Positions 1-13,574 are shown, numbered from the stretch's first letter. The stretch: 64,000 nucleotides of DNA from Sphyrna mokarran (GCA_024679065.1 JAGIQG010000005.1:68324001-68388000); one strand, 5' to 3'. Numbers and translations: made by a program. Notes: generated by a model from the letters alone, not told the origin.

Positions 1-199
1 AAAACCTTATCCGGTTAAACCTTGACTTTAAACTTGAAGACTCCTAAGAGTACACATTAATGTGACTAATGATAACGACCACATATAATAATATCCTTTC
101 TTATTTATTGGCTTTGGAGAGATTATGGGTTGTTGTGGTGCCCATCATGCTGGCACATCAATTTTGCCTGTTTCACAAAATTTGAGTTGGTGGCTATTT

Positions 200-690
200 T
201 CAATCCATGCCAAAGTATCACAGGAGCTGAAATGAATAGTTAGTATAATTTAGCAAATTGACTCATTCCTTTGGATATCACACATAGACATTGTGTGACG
301 CAAAAATAGTGAACTTAGACTCTGACCTTAAGGCGGTCAACAATGCAACCATTCCAGACAAATGTCCACTTCCTTTGATCCAAGAGATAACAGCATCATT
401 TCATGACTCCACAATCTTTACAAAGCTTAATATGCAATGGAACTATCTTCAGATGCCACGATTAGAGCAAACTATTATCTTGCAGTTTTTGTTATTCATG
501 AAAGTGTATGTTCTACAGACCAACTTTAGCATCTAGCTCTTTCCAAAAGGTGTTTGTTCAGTTTTGTCAGATATTGATTGGATGTTGCATCTCGCTCACA
601 TGGTTGCACATCAAAGGCAAAGCAGAACATAATCAGCAGTTGGTTATCAGTAGTGCTCACTTGACTTGAAAAACACAATTTAACATTCAA
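200..690 (+). mobile_element. Decayed Ty3/Gypsy pol, reverse transcriptase fragment
   Basis: DLKAVNNATIPDKCPLPLIQEITASFHDSTIFTKLNMQWNYLQMP resembles the Gypsy RT motif DLRxxNxxxxxDxYPLPxIxE...FSKLDxxxGYxQ; frameshifted. Confidence 0.8.
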
Positions 691-729
691 GAAAAGTAAA
701 TGCACGTTTGTAGCATCTGAAACAAACTG

Positions 730-1270
730 CCAGCAGATCTGACAGCATCTGTGGAGAAAGAATAGAGCCAACATTTTGGGTCTAGATGGCCCTTCTTCAG
801 AGCTAAGGAAAAGAGAATCAGCAGAGATTTATACCATTGGGATGGGGGAAGGGAGTGTGAAATTGGACAAAGGAAATGTAAATGAGGATACAGAAGGTTG
901 AGAGAGGTACTGAAAACGTCCATAAAGTGATCGGAATGTGAGAATGGCAGAATAGAGGTACAGATTGTTAAAGAGCTGGTGAGGGTGGAGGTAGTTCTGG
1001 AAAGAAGGAGAGCTGGAATGGAGAAGTAGAAAAATAGAAGTGAAAAAGAAGCATGATAAAATGGATGAATGAGATAAAACGAAATGGACTAAAGTAAATG
1101 GAAATGGGTGAAGATGAAGGAGAGAGTTGATCCCCTGAAGTTGTTCAACTCAATATTAAGTCCAGAAGGCTATAAAATGCCCAATTGGAAGATGAGGCGC
1201 TGTTCCGTCAGTTTGCGTTGGGGTTCACTGGAACATTGCAAATGACCAAGGATGAACATGTGTACAGGAG
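730..1270 (-). mobile_element. Penelope-like retroelement 3' fragment (GIY-YIG C-terminus plus terminal repeat)
   Basis: The minus-strand ORF ends ILGHLQCSSEPQRKLTEQRLIFQLGIL, like the PLE endonuclease tail (LxCxxExxRKLxEQxLIFxLGxL..GLN). It is followed by the cagatgctg-type terminal repeat with a decayed CTGAAGA core. Confidence 0.75.
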
Positions 1271-1849
1271 AACAGAGCAAGAGGATGGTCTGGGTCCTGC
1301 TTGGAGACGAATCAAAGGTCTCCAGATAACTCACTGCCACTTCTCTTCCAGAAATGCCTTCCCTGAAGAAGTACTGCTCTCCTCTCCAATGACTGGGTAA
1401 CCTCTTCCTGAACACATTTGATTTAGCGTGCCTGATTCCCAACTGAAGGAATTCAGAACTATTACTCGGGATAAGCTTCCCCAAAAAATATGAATCTTTC
1501 CAGGTCACCTAACCATTCCCATCCCAGAACACAGCCATGTACTTGCTGAAGCAGTAACCCAGATTTAAACCAGGAGAAAAGTGAAATGCAACAGGGAATT
1601 GTCATTGCCCCTCTAACTGGGTGTCTGCTATGCCAATGTGAATGAGACAATGGATACATTCTACTTTACTTCCTGTTCTTCCGTCATAAAACCACATAAC
1701 AAAATGAAATAGCATTCATTTTTCTCCTCCAGAGTTGTGAAAAATGTTGTGGGGTGGGGGGGTGTAGGCGGTGGTGGAGGGGGTTAAGACCTCTTTTTGT
1801 TTGATCGCTGGATTACATGGGCATATAGAACAATTTCCAAAGAGCTAGT

Positions 1850-2450
1850 TATATATAATTACATCTTGTGTGTGAAGGACATTTGGGTGTTGTTGAAATG
1901 AAACAACGATTCTGGTGGCCAGCAATAGATTACTGCGTGGAAGAGTCATTTAGAAACAGAGTACTATGTGCACTCAGTATAAAAAAAACCTGTTAAACAG
2001 TATCCTGAACCTCTATAGCTGACCCCATGGAAAACTAAATCATGCTTACAATTCAGATGTACATATTTTGAAGAAGTGCAGCTATCAATGTCTTTTACTT
2101 GTTTTGTGTGTGATCCACACAGGGTATAGCTGAAAGTTATGACAACAAATTCCATAACCACCATTTCATTCATTGACATTCCAGACAAGTTATTTACAAA
2201 ATGGAGTTTGCCAGAGAATATCATGACAGACAATGGAGTACTGTTTGTTTTTAGTCAGTTCACGGAGTTACTAGCAAGCTGCAGAATTAACGTCATCTGA
2301 CATTACAGTACAGCCCACAACTGAATGGTGGCATTGAATAATTCAACAGGGTGATGAAGAACGGCCTGAGCATTAGTATGTTGGAAGGGAATACATCTTC
2401 ACTATGCATTCATATCCTATTTTGCACATATCGACCCACCCTAACCACAT
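1850..2450 (+). mobile_element. Decayed Gypsy integrase (zinc finger plus rve core)
   Basis: Manual translation: EGHLGVVEMKQRFWWPAID...KLFTKWSLPENIMTDNGVLF...YSPQLNGGIE*FNRVMK, with stops and frameshifts. Confidence 0.82.
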
Positions 2451-3508
2451 TCTCTGACCAGAAAGACACTGATAGGACCTATGACTGGTCATTACTTTTA
2501 TATGGTCCCTAAACAATGAAAATAGCAGAGTGAAAGCAGAAGAAATTGCAGAATACAAGGTAAATCAAAAGTGTATTTTGACAAGCAAACATGCAAAAAA
2601 AAACACAATTTGAAGTTGTAGATTGTGTTTGTATTAGAAGACCAAATGGTGACAACAAACTTGCATCATTGCTATCAAGACCAACACAGATTACAGAATT
2701 GCTTAGTATTAACATTCATTTCGAGCAAGAACAGAGGATGTTTCTGGCATTTTTCTGGCAATCAACTTTTATTTGTTGGATGACAATACAAAGTGAAAAA
2801 TGAGGAGATTTTGACATTTCTTTTGCTGATGTTGATCATCTGCCTCATCGAGCTGATGACACAAAACCACAACTTCAAGTTCATAGATCCCAATGAAGTT
2901 AACAGCAAACTTTGTATCTCGAAGACTGTTTCTGGACCTAGAGAAAACAGACACTCTAAATGCTGAGAAATGACTTGAAGTATGTTAGTTGCTTCTGGTG
3001 GTTTAATTTATAATAATGTTCTTTAGTTTTATCTATTTGATTTGTCAAAGGCAGATCTGAACCAAAGCACCATGATCCCTAACTCGGACAGGTGGAGAAA
3101 TCCAGCCCATCCAGAACAAAAATTGAACTTGGGCTGTTCAATCAACTGAGCCAATCACTACCCCAAGGAGTGTGAGCAATATACATTTTTCCATATATGT
3201 TGTAGCCTTGAACTATTGATTTTAATGGTAGAGACTCCAATTTATTTCCATATTTGACTGACCAGAAATTGCTCCCACCCATATGGTCTGCAATCAGTTT
3301 ACATTGGAAGGATTTACAAGTTGATACTCTCCCAGCTGCTTTACCACATTATGGAAGCCTTGGTCTGGAGTCAGAGTTAAAACTGGAGCTGGGGCATGAC
3401 CCACTGTGACACAAGTTCTCCCTTGTTTAGTTTACAAGACAGAAAGGATATTTGTTCAATTGTTTGGTGTTTGATTATGTCTGCTGCCTTGCTGCTTTAT
3501 GTAATATT

Positions 3509-3668
3509 ATAGTTAAGAAGTCTCACAACACCAGGTTAAAGTCAATAGGTTTATGTGGTAGCAAAAGCACTAGCTAGTGGTTTTTGCTACCAAGTAAACC
3601 TGTTGGACTTTAACCTGGTGTTGTCAGACTTCTTACTATGTTTATCCCAATCAACGCGGCATCTCCAC
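3509..3668. repeat. Penelope-terminus-derived palindrome (~130-bp inverted repeat plus short tail)
   Basis: Arms aagaagtctcacaacaccaggttaaagtc...gactttaacctggtgttgtcagacttctt, centred on cactAGCTagtg; same family as 30127-30330. Confidence 0.85.
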
Positions 3669-3764
3669 GCTGTGTGGTATTAGTCAAGCCTTTGAATGTG
3701 GTTAAAGAATCAAAGACTAAACTGAATGCAAGCTGCAGCAAACTAAAAGCATGGGAGAGTCGGT

Positions 3765-4100
3765 GTTTTTAATTCATTTGTAGGACGTGGGTGTTGCTGG
3801 CTGGCCAGCATTTCTGTTCATCCCTAGTTGCCCTTGGAGGGCAGTTGAGAGTTAAATACATGGCTGTGGCTCTGGTGTTATACGTAGGCCAGACCAGGTA
3901 AGGACAGCAGATTTCCTTCCCAAAAGATCAATAGTGAACCAGATGGGTTTTTCTGATAATTGGTCATCAGTAGATTCTTAATTCCAGAAATTTTTTTACT
4001 GAATTCAAATCCCACCATCTGCCGATTTAAATCGAGGTGCTCACAACATCAGCTAGTATCTGGATTAATAATAATACTATCACTAGGCCATTGCCTCCCA
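3765..4100 (-). mobile_element. tRNA-derived SINE sharing its 3' tail with the LINE at 33.2-35.6 kb
   Basis: Similar to 59485-59770 and 11190-11500 (ggccagaccag..aagga..gcagatttccttccc..tagtgaaccaga). The tail matches the LINE 3' end. Confidence 0.7.
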
Positions 4101-4599
4101 AATCATAAGTAAAACTCTTGTACACACAAATGAGGTGTGCCATCTCTGCATGTAAATATGCAGATATGCAATGGAATACTAGCATGGACCTGGTCACTGT
4201 GAAAAACATTAGGATTTTATTCAAAGTCTCTTAACCAGTGTAGCTGGTGCCTTCACCCTACCTTTTCTAGTCAACTAAGGATGAAAATAATGCTGACTTT
4301 CTCAATAATATTATATCCTGGGAATGAATTTTTAAAAAATAGTTCCCGTTGCTCAATCAGACTTAATTGAATGTTTACTTAAATATATTGTTAGTTAAGT
4401 ATGAATTAGTAAATTCTAAATGTTGCCTTGAACCCAGTCGGCACCAGATAACATGATAGCTGTTTCACAGAGTGGAGTCAGAGCAGAGTGCAGAAAAATG
4501 TGTCCAGATGGATGATGAAGTTGCATGATTGCCAAGCTTCGGAAAAATTGCTCAGCCTGAACGGATAGTTGAATGTGAAGGATTTAGGTTCAGCTTTCT

Positions 4600-4970
4600 A
4601 TTGTGTATTCCTTATTATTTCCTGGGTCTTCAGCTCCTCAGATTTAAAATTCTCATCGTCATATTTGAACCTCTTTGGACCATGCTACAGTACATTGTGC
4701 AAGCACCTCCAACCCTACGTAATCCAAAACTCTGTTTCTCTGACTCTAGTCCTTTGCATATTCACTCTTCCCTTAGCCTGTCCCTCCCTAGCTTTTCACT
4801 CTGGAATTCACACCCTAAACACTTCCATCTCTTCATTTCCCTGTCCTCTCCTTTAATGCCTCCTTAAAACACACATCTATGATGAACTACCTTCTAAATA
4901 TTCACTCTTTGTCAGAGCACCATGGGACATTTTTCTACATTAAAAGTGCTATATTAATACAAGTTGTGAT
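4600..4970 (+). mobile_element. L2-type LINE 3' fragment
   Basis: RFKILI...LWNS motifs and the typical tail gggacatttttctacattaaaagtgctatattaatacaagttg. Confidence 0.6.
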
Positions 4971-5127
4971 GTGATCAAGGCAGGATTTTCTGGATTACAA
5001 AGCCATTTATTGAAGTGTTGTAAAGTGTGATATTCACCCTTCAGGTAGATAGCAAAGTATTTCAAACAAAGAATTGGTTTAGGCAAAGTTTTTTGATATG
5101 CTAATTGTCCTTTACTTTATTTGTTAG

Positions 5128-5339
5128 GGTAATGGTATTCACATAAGCAGTGGTGTTGACGGAATTCAGCTTTATCCATTGACAAAGCACATGGAAACGA
5201 TAATTCTACGACCAGAGAGCTTTGTGATACATTCCACACAGTCACCTGTAAACAGGAATGACTTCATGACTGTTCTGGGTAATATTACACGTCTTCTAAT
5301 AAGGGCCACGTCTAACCACGACCAGACTGCCATCTATAG
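5128..5339 (+). CDS. LAMA2: LAMA2 exon (~human exon 14), laminin IV type A (L4a) domain
   Basis: ttgttag|GGT...TATAG|gtaaaa; 212 nt; GNGIHISSGVDGIQLYPLTKHMETIILRPESFVIHSTQSPVNRNDFMTVLGNITRLLIRATSNHDQTAIY(R). Not in the ORF track. Confidence 0.93.
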
Positions 5340-5559
5340 GTAAAAAATTACTGCAATATATTTCCTTAGCATTTAAAGTAGCATCAGAAAGTATTCTGTT
5401 TATTGATATTCAAGACTTCAGCCTCTTGTTATACTTGAGTCTATTAACTAAAACACTTCACGATTGAATTTTACATTGACATGGATATTGGCAGTCAAGT
5501 CTTCACAATGTCCTTAAGAAAATAGCTTCGACAACTACTACCTTTTTTCTCCATATTAA

Positions 5560-5704
5560 GGCCAGTATTTTCCAACACTGCATCCCTCCCCCTGCCCGGG
5601 TGGAGGGATCGGCCTCAGGGAATGCAGTGGCCCAATCAAAATTCCGTTGACTTTTGGCAGGACCAGACATACCTGGCAACAGGTTGGACTGGAAAATTGC
5701 ACCC
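5560..5704. mobile_element. Short non-autonomous DNA element (MITE)
   Basis: Imperfect TIRs ggccagtattttcca / tggaaaattgcaccc, with TTAA on both flanks. Confidence 0.5.
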
Positions 5705-8149
5705 TTAAGCTTCCTGTAGAATACGCGTAAATGTGTACAGGGAGGTTTTCCTGTGACAAACTGCTAATTTTGTACACTAAAAGAAAATACCATATTTTTA
5801 TTCCTCCCTTCGTGTGGTCATAAGCATCTACATGAATTCTGACCTGCTGAACCCAACAACATACATAACATCTTATGTTTTCTTTTTGTTCTTTTGCAAA
5901 CTAGGAACATTGTTTCAGGAGATGGTTTACCAAAATTGAAATGACAGGAGAGTTCTGTTTTTCATTTCTTTATTTGCCTGTTATGAATAGAAACCCAGAA
6001 TTAATTTTCTACAGTTATTGGCTGAAAGAATCACATTTTGCACTTATGAAGAATTCATTTGCTTGTGGCACGATGAGGAATGCTGTGAAATATGCTACAA
6101 TTAATTTGCCATTTTTTGTTGAATTGCATTTCATTGCTGGTGATTTATTTTAAAAAAAGGAAAGGAAATGTCTAGAGAGAGTTTGTTACTCAAACTACTG
6201 CTGCTTTTCAAAAACAAGAATGTTATTCATTTGAATTTATTTCAGATGTTTCTGTAATTTGTCTGCTGAAATGGTGACTTTCAAATGAGGGTCTTCTGTA
6301 CAAACAAACCTCAGTGTGGTGTTTCACATGCAGGGAGTGTCCCAAAGAGCCTTCATTATTAACACTGGGGGCTGGGTGTTCACAATGATCAATTGACTCT
6401 CTGGAGTCATTGTGCTGCATGTTGCGATTCAAGTTTCCCAGATTGTAGTGTAGATTCCTATGCTCACATGGTTTAAAAACAATCCTCAGGCTGCTTTAAA
6501 GTAATGTGTTTCCATTCCCACTATTGACAATGAAACTGCTCCAGAATGTACAGAACACCTCTGCACATAACATCAAAAGGAGACAGTTTTGACTTCAAAG
6601 TTTCCAACTTGCTAACAAAATACATGATCAATCATGAAAAAATCCAATCCAAGTGGTCAATTACTTTGACGTACTTGAATGCAAACCTATAAACTCCACA
6701 GAAAATCTTCAGGCTTGGCAATGCTGCAGGAAATAAAAATACTATATGAAAATATTTCTTTTAGAGGAAATCCAGTTTTCCTCTGCATTCTTGACCCCAC
6801 GTTCTTTTCCTCTAGACCTTTTTGTGGGTCAGGAATGCCTCACGTGCACTCGTCCTCACTAAGGTCGAGTTCATCATTTTAAATGGGAACTGAAAATTGG
6901 ATTTCTTCCCACACACTATTTTCATCTTGTGCTGCGGGGTTTCAAAAGTCCATTAAAAGCACAGCATGTTTGAGAGTTTGCGAAGAAAATGGAAAGCCTG
7001 ATGAGGCATCAGGAATATTCTGAAAGGTAAGTATAAAGTACTTTCATGCCTTCGTGTGTCACTATTAAGTGCTGTATTATAATGCAGATGTGTTTTTAAT
7101 GCAGTAATTCATCATAGAGATCTGTCCTTTAATGGACCCTTGCCTTGACCAGACTTGTATATTTGTTCACACATTTGTTGGGTAAAAGATATTTCCATCA
7201 ATGCTTTTCCAAAGGGAAAAGCACCATAATGTTACGGAATGTCCTGTCAGATTGTGCTGTCTTCTTTCCTACTATGATTTAAATAGCTTTAGTTGATTTA
7301 AAAAAAGAATTGGTTTTGACGCTTGAAGAAATCTAACCACATGTTCCATTACATTCTAGTTTTGATACGAAATAAAATCCGTACTTGAAAAAAGCTAACT
7401 ATCTACTTACTCTTTTACATTGCTTGACTGGCAATCTGCTTTGAAATTAAAATGAACATCTGCTCTTCCTTCTTTCTCGGAGAATAGTCTGTTATTTGGT
7501 AAGCTGTGACAATTCTGAATGCTTGGCTGAATTTCAAATGCTAATCCATTTCAACACAATAGGTGTTCCATTCATTTGAGAACATATGACAGTTTCAAAA
7601 AGTTGCAATAACAGATTTTGGTTTTATTGACACAAATTAATAGAATTGCAAGCATTCCATTTTTTTAACACGGCAGAATGCATTTTCCTTAAAATTACTG
7701 ACATGGAGAATTTTATCAGATAGCAGGAGGTTTAGTTATTTTTCCCAAGTGATGTAAAATATTTTTCATATTGTATTGAATCTGAGAATGGTACACAGAG
7801 TACATTCTGGCTCAGTAGATATGGGGGTGAGAGTCTGTACTTAGTGCAGAAAAATACCATGGGTTATCTGAGGGCATGGAGGATACATAGAAGCATACAA
7901 GTAGCATGGGCCATCTGAGGGAGGCATGAATTGGAATGAGAAGTGGATCGCAGAATGAGGCAGTCGAGAGATAAGATTAGAAGTCCTTTATACACTATTG
8001 TGAGCTAGTATATTGCAGAACCAGTGTATGCTTTCTAACTTGCCCACCTTCCATCCACACATCTCCCATCCACACTCCTCCCACTGTTAACATCCATGAA
8101 TGCCTTGTGGTGATTGTGTGAACATCATGGCCTGAACAGAAATCTGGTT

Positions 8150-8890
8150 GAGGAATGGTGACATGTTTCCCCTGAATAAAGCTTTCCTGCCTTGAAATAT
8201 CATCCACCACTTGCTGGTGATGTGGCTCTTATCACCAGATTACACACTGGTCTGACCTGTTACTCTTTGAGCATGTTTTCCTCCTTTGAATATTTCATCA
8301 TGTTTCACCGTTCCAACTCCTGTTTAAAATTCTTGTTGCCAACTATGACAAAGCGTCTCTCACGAGATATGTTCATAGCTTTTGTCCATTGGTCTCTGCA
8401 GCAGCTGCTCAATCTCAGTGATTTGATACCCACCTCAAAAATCGGGCTCTCTCTCCCCTTGAGCTCATTGCCCTTTTAATTTCCCTGAGTCTCTCCCTCT
8501 CCCATGTTAAGTGCCCATCTGATATCCATTGCCATGCTCTCACTTTGCCATTTTATATAGTCTTTCTACTCTAGTCATGTCAATCACAGATAAAATTATC
8601 TCTGATCACTCCTCTTTCTCATTGTCCACTGTCTTCTCCAGCCCCATCTGCTTCTCTGTCCACCCCTGAAAAGAAATGACCACCCAATTCACTTACAAGT
8701 GCATTTTTGAAATCCCAGTTGTATCGAGCCTGCCTCACCAATGGCCATGACATTTCTGCAGCTGAAGGTCTGTTTAACTTGATTCTCAACTTCACCTTTG
8801 ATGTGTTAGTCTCAAGATGCCATTACTTTCTTTCACCTTGAACATGGTCACTAGTACACCCTTTATCTCCACTCCCTTATCTAGATGCCC
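8150..8890 (+). mobile_element. Decayed L2-type LINE, endonuclease region
   Basis: GDVALI...SSFEY...KIL and ITDKIISDH resemble APE-domain motifs (GGGVAL, SFE, SDH). Confidence 0.55.
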
Positions 8891-10143
8891 TGACTGTCCA
8901 GCTTTGGAGCTTGGTGTCATGTTTTGCTGTGTAACACTCCTGCAGAATGCTTAGATATTTTATTATACTTAAGATATTGGACAGAATTTTCTGATGTGCA
9001 GATTAAGTCCCTTAGCAGGGGCAGGAAGTGGAATGTTTCCCATTGCAGAGACTGGCAAGAAAATTTGCCACATCCTTTGGTCCCAACCTCATTAATTATG
9101 CGATTGGCTATTTCATGCTATATTCTGGGGTGAGCAAGGCCTGAGAGCATAGTCCACCGTCCTATCTGGGCACCATATTCAAAACATACCCAACATCACT
9201 GATCTGCTATTGATGAAAGAAAATGGACCCACTGAAAATGAAGATGGATTTCTGACAACATTCTGAGGTTGGGAGATAGGCTCCTCCAGGATACTGAATC
9301 TGGATAGTCCACCTGCAAATGCTTCCTCACCCATTACTGTGATCTGGAGTCCAGGGTTGCTGTCAGCCTCCATCCTGCACTCAGGAGGCAGGAGGAATTG
9401 TTCAAGTGCATCCCAACATCTGCACACTAAGTTGTTCCAGACATGATTTCCGCTGGCGTGTTTTCCTATTTGCTGAAGAAAATGAAACGTGAATGGAAGA
9501 TTCTGGTTGTGCTTGAACCTGCATTACATTAGCTGGATGTAAATGAGATTCACGCTGACCTCCAGTGGGTTTTTTGACCCACTCTGGGAGACACCAGTTG
9601 AAGATCCCATTGTAAAATCAAACTGGCATGAAATTAGTTTTGGGTCTCCTGCTGAATTTTCCCCCTGCCTGCTATTGAACCTGTTGGTGAGGGCTTGGGA
9701 GAATTCCACCCCCTCTACATTAAAAGTTGTTATCTTGGTCTTTTGTTGCTGCATTTTATATTTTCCTGATTTCAGATAGAAATTGCCTGAAATGAGCTGT
9801 GATCCTTCACTGTCGTCCTGCCTACTTCCCTAATTTTACCCATTTCATTTATTAATCAAGAGACCCTTTGGGATTTCCTGAAAATGCGAGAGGTGCTATA
9901 TAAATGGATGTTCATTTTATGAGCCTGACGAATTTCATTAGATTTTCCACTTCAAGCCGAGATGCTATTAGCTGCAGTATCTGAGCTCTGCATGAATTGT
10001 AATCTGGAAATTTAAATTTATTTTAATTACTTTAACCTGAAAATACAAATCGTGAAAATAAAATTGCAGTGTTCCATGAAATAGTAGTTGCGTTCATAGA
10101 GCACCTTGTCATGTTGAAATGCTGTGAAAGATCTTAACATGTT

Positions 10144-10340
10144 TGACAGCATCTGTAGTGAGAGAATAGAGTCAATGTTTTGAGTTCGGATGACCCTTCA
10201 TCAGTTTCGATGAAGGGTCATCCAAACTAGAAATGTTGGTTCTATTTCTCTCCCCACAGATGCTGTCAGACCTCCTGAGTATTTCCAGCCCTTTCGACTT
10301 TTGTTTCAGATTTCAGCATCCGCAGCATTTTGCCTTTATC
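10144..10340. repeat. Penelope-terminus-derived palindrome, second family
   Basis: Inverted repeat 10144-10268: tgacagcatctgt...tgacccttcatc [agtttc] gatgaagggtca...acagatgctgtca. Confidence 0.85.
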
Positions 10341-10762
10341 TGAACATATTTGGATCATTTTGAGACTATTTGAAAGAGGAGTTGGGGAGGTACTTAAAGT
10401 AAAGTAACTTAGTGTGGAGAGGGGGGCCACAATGGTACTAAGCATAAAATACTAACAAAAGTGTAACAAGCAGAATGGTTTTCTCTTGCGCTACATAATT
10501 CCATGAGCTTGTTAGGTTGTGTGGATCAGTTGTACTGAAGACAATAGTGTATGTTCTCAGCAAAGGAAATTCCACTATTTCTAATTAAAACTGAAATTGC
10601 TGGAAGACCCAGTTTCTGAACTATTTCACGACAATTAACTCACAACAAATCCACTGGGCAGAAATGTAATTAGAGCTTCTCTTTTGTGATTATTGGAATG
10701 GATTTAAATTTAATTATGTTTTATGAAGAGGATATATTTTTGTTCTGTCTTTGCCTGAACAG

Positions 10763-10874
10763 GTTGAGCTCTGTTATACTCCAGACAGCTAATCCAAATT
10801 CATTAGGCCAACATACAGCTACAAGCGTTGAGATTTGTCGCTGCCCCCCTGAGTACTTTGGCACATCTTGTGAA
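10763..10874 (+). CDS. LAMA2: LAMA2 exon (~exon 15), end of L4a and start of LE
   Basis: gaacag|G...GAA|gtaagt; 112 nt; (R)LSSVILQTANPNSLGQHTATSVEICRCPPEYFGTSCE. Confidence 0.95.
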
Positions 10875-11189
10875 GTAAGTAACAATTGCAGAATCTGGAT
10901 TTTTCTGTCAGCAAATTTCCGAAGTCTCCAAAGTCTCTCAATGTGGCAAAGTCATAAGCAACTGGAACAGTTTAGAACTTCAGCAAATGTGAATTAAGCA
11001 GTTGTAAAAACACATGGGGCCTTTTTAACCTCTACACCCAAATTCTCACTGAGTACAGTGTGCAGAGGAATCTCCAAATTTTATGTTCCCCTATCCACTC
11101 TCAATTCGTCAGGTAAATAAGCAGAAGTGACTATGAAAATTATTAATATGTAACCACTTAAAGAATTCATAACAAATGTACTTTAATAG

Positions 11190-11500
11190 GACTTAAAAAA
11201 TATGTTCTTGGCATGTGAGAATTATTGACAAGCCTCTTGAACTATAGTAACTAATTGTCCGTGCGGGAGTGGTAGTGAGCTATTTCAGAGGAAGTTAAAA
11301 ACCAATCACTTTTACTGTGGGTCAGGAGTTACAGAGGCCAGACCTGAAGGACATTTTTGAAAGAGATAGGTTTTTATCATCCAGTAGTCTCATGATGATG
11401 ATTTCTGTGAATTATTGGTCAATTGAATCTCAATTCCCCCAGCAGCCAGTGTGGGATTTGAAATGATTCTTCTAACTTACAATTCCAGCAACATTTGCAC
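11190..11500 (-). mobile_element. Degenerate SINE copy (same family as 3765-4100)
   Basis: Shared blocks aaccaatcac..ctgtgggtc.ggagt.aca..ggccagacc and tgaat.tcaattcccc..gcagcc..gtgggatttgaa. Confidence 0.55.
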
Positions 11501-13338
11501 TTTGCTGTCATCCCCACCCATGCCCATCTGCCCATGCCCATTTAACTACCTCAGTTAAATTGGAGAGAAGAACTTGATAAGTTTGTTATCACAGTATACT
11601 GAAAAGGAAGAAAGCTTATCTAAGGTTGATAGTTGACTATAGAATTAGCTACCACAGCGGTTGTGCATCAGTATGGACAGAGGTTTACTGGCTCCTGTTG
11701 GCAAGTTTGTAGGTAGTGAGTCTCTAAAATTTCCTGAGTAGCTTTCTCGCCACTTATCCTCTGCCCTGACATGTCTGAGATTTTATAGAACACAGGTGAG
11801 GTCTAGGATAGCCTATCTATCCATCCTATTGAGGTCTTTTAATGGCCAATTAATAACCACTGAAGGGGTTGTTTATTGCCCGGCTTCAGTTTTGAGGCTG
11901 GTGGGAGGAGCTCAGAGATGGGAAGGTTGGAGCCTGACAGGTTATCTGCTTGGAATGTCGGCAGGAACGGGGAAGGAACATCAGCAGGAAAGGAGGTAGG
12001 GTCAGAATGTCAGCAGGAAAGGGGGACAGTCCCTCCCTCAGTCACCCATTTCCCACCAAGGTCTCGCCCCTCCGGTTATTACCTCACCTCAACATTAACC
12101 TTTCAAAACTGACCACCATTCAAATCCTAGCTCTTGCTCCCCACACCCCACCCCACCCCACTAAATTTTAAAATTCACATCTTTATTTTCAAATCTTTCT
12201 TTTGGCCTCCAGCTTCCCCTATCTTTTGACTTCCTCCAGTTCCACAAATCTCCAGGATATCTGCGTTGATCCAGTTACGAGTTTTTGTAAATCCACCATT
12301 AGCAGGTGTCTCTTCAGCTGCCAAGGTGGTATCCCCTCCCTCCACCTAAAATTCTTGGGAAACTTTATGTTAGAGGAACTGTATAAATGCAAAGTATTTT
12401 TGTTCTAGATCAATCAGTAACTCATGCAGCATCACTGTGGATCTTGTATGTCTTCAGACTGTTCCTAAACTATAAACTCTGCTTAACACAGTTAATTGGT
12501 TCCACAAAGTACTGCTGCTGAGTTACGAAGTGTGTTTGGTGACAGGCCCTGTGACTGGCTTGCTATCCTTTCTCTGCTTCAGTTTATAGAATGTTCAGTA
12601 ACCATTTTACTGGTGAAGCAGAGGCAAGGCGGACACTGCTCCTGGCTGTGGTTGAATATGTGACGGACACACTGATTACCCTCAGTCAATGTGGCTTTCA
12701 GACGGCACTCCTCCTCTCCTTCTCCCCTTCTCTCTGCAGACAGTTTCTCCTTTCTGCTGCTTCTGTTCCAAATCTCCCTGTTGTGTTGCAGTCCAAGGGG
12801 AATGAGAACATGCTCAGAGCCCTTTCAAATCTACAGCACTCCTTCCAAAGATCCAGTGTTGCTCCCAATTGACTGAGAGAACTGTGGTCCAAATTCCAGA
12901 GCAGGGCAGGTATGGAGGTCTTAAGCTTCTCCTCTAGTTACACAGTTATATCCACTGTAAATACAAAGAGAGCAAAGAATAGTACAGCACAGAAACAGGC
13001 CCTTCGGTCCTTCAAGCCTGTGCACATCACATTTATCTAACTAACTGCTTATATCCCTCTATTCCCCATTTGTTTAAAAGCCAATCATGATAAGTCTTAA
13101 ATGTGAGTAACATAACTGCCTCAATCACCTTGCTAGTCAGTGTATTCCAAGCCCACACCAAATAAAAAAAATTTATGTAAAAAAAAATATGGTGAACTAG
13201 AAGCTGTGGCAGAACATAAGGATTTTGATTTTCAGGCACACAAATCATGAAGAGATCATGAATAGGTATAGCAAGTGTAATGCAAAGCTCGCCATTATGT
13301 CAAGGAGACTGGAACATATGATTCATAACAATATAAAT

Positions 13339-13545
13339 CAAAACAAAAATTGCTCGATATATTCAGCAATTCTGGCAGCATTTGTGGCGAGAGAAACAGA
13401 ATGAATGTTTCATTTTGATTATTGGCCTGAAATGCTAACTCTGTTTCTCTCTCCATTGATGCTGCCAGACTTGCTGAATATTTCCAATATTTTCTGTTTT
13501 GATTTCAGTTTTCCAGCATCTGCAGCAGCAATATTTTGATTTTGT
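13339..13545. repeat. Penelope-terminus-derived palindrome with the centre deleted
   Basis: Arms attcagcaattctggcagcat...gagagaaacaga / tctgtttctctc...atgctgccagacttgctgaata. Confidence 0.75.
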
Positions 13546-13574
13546 GGAGCTGATATTTAATTTAAACGAAGTCT

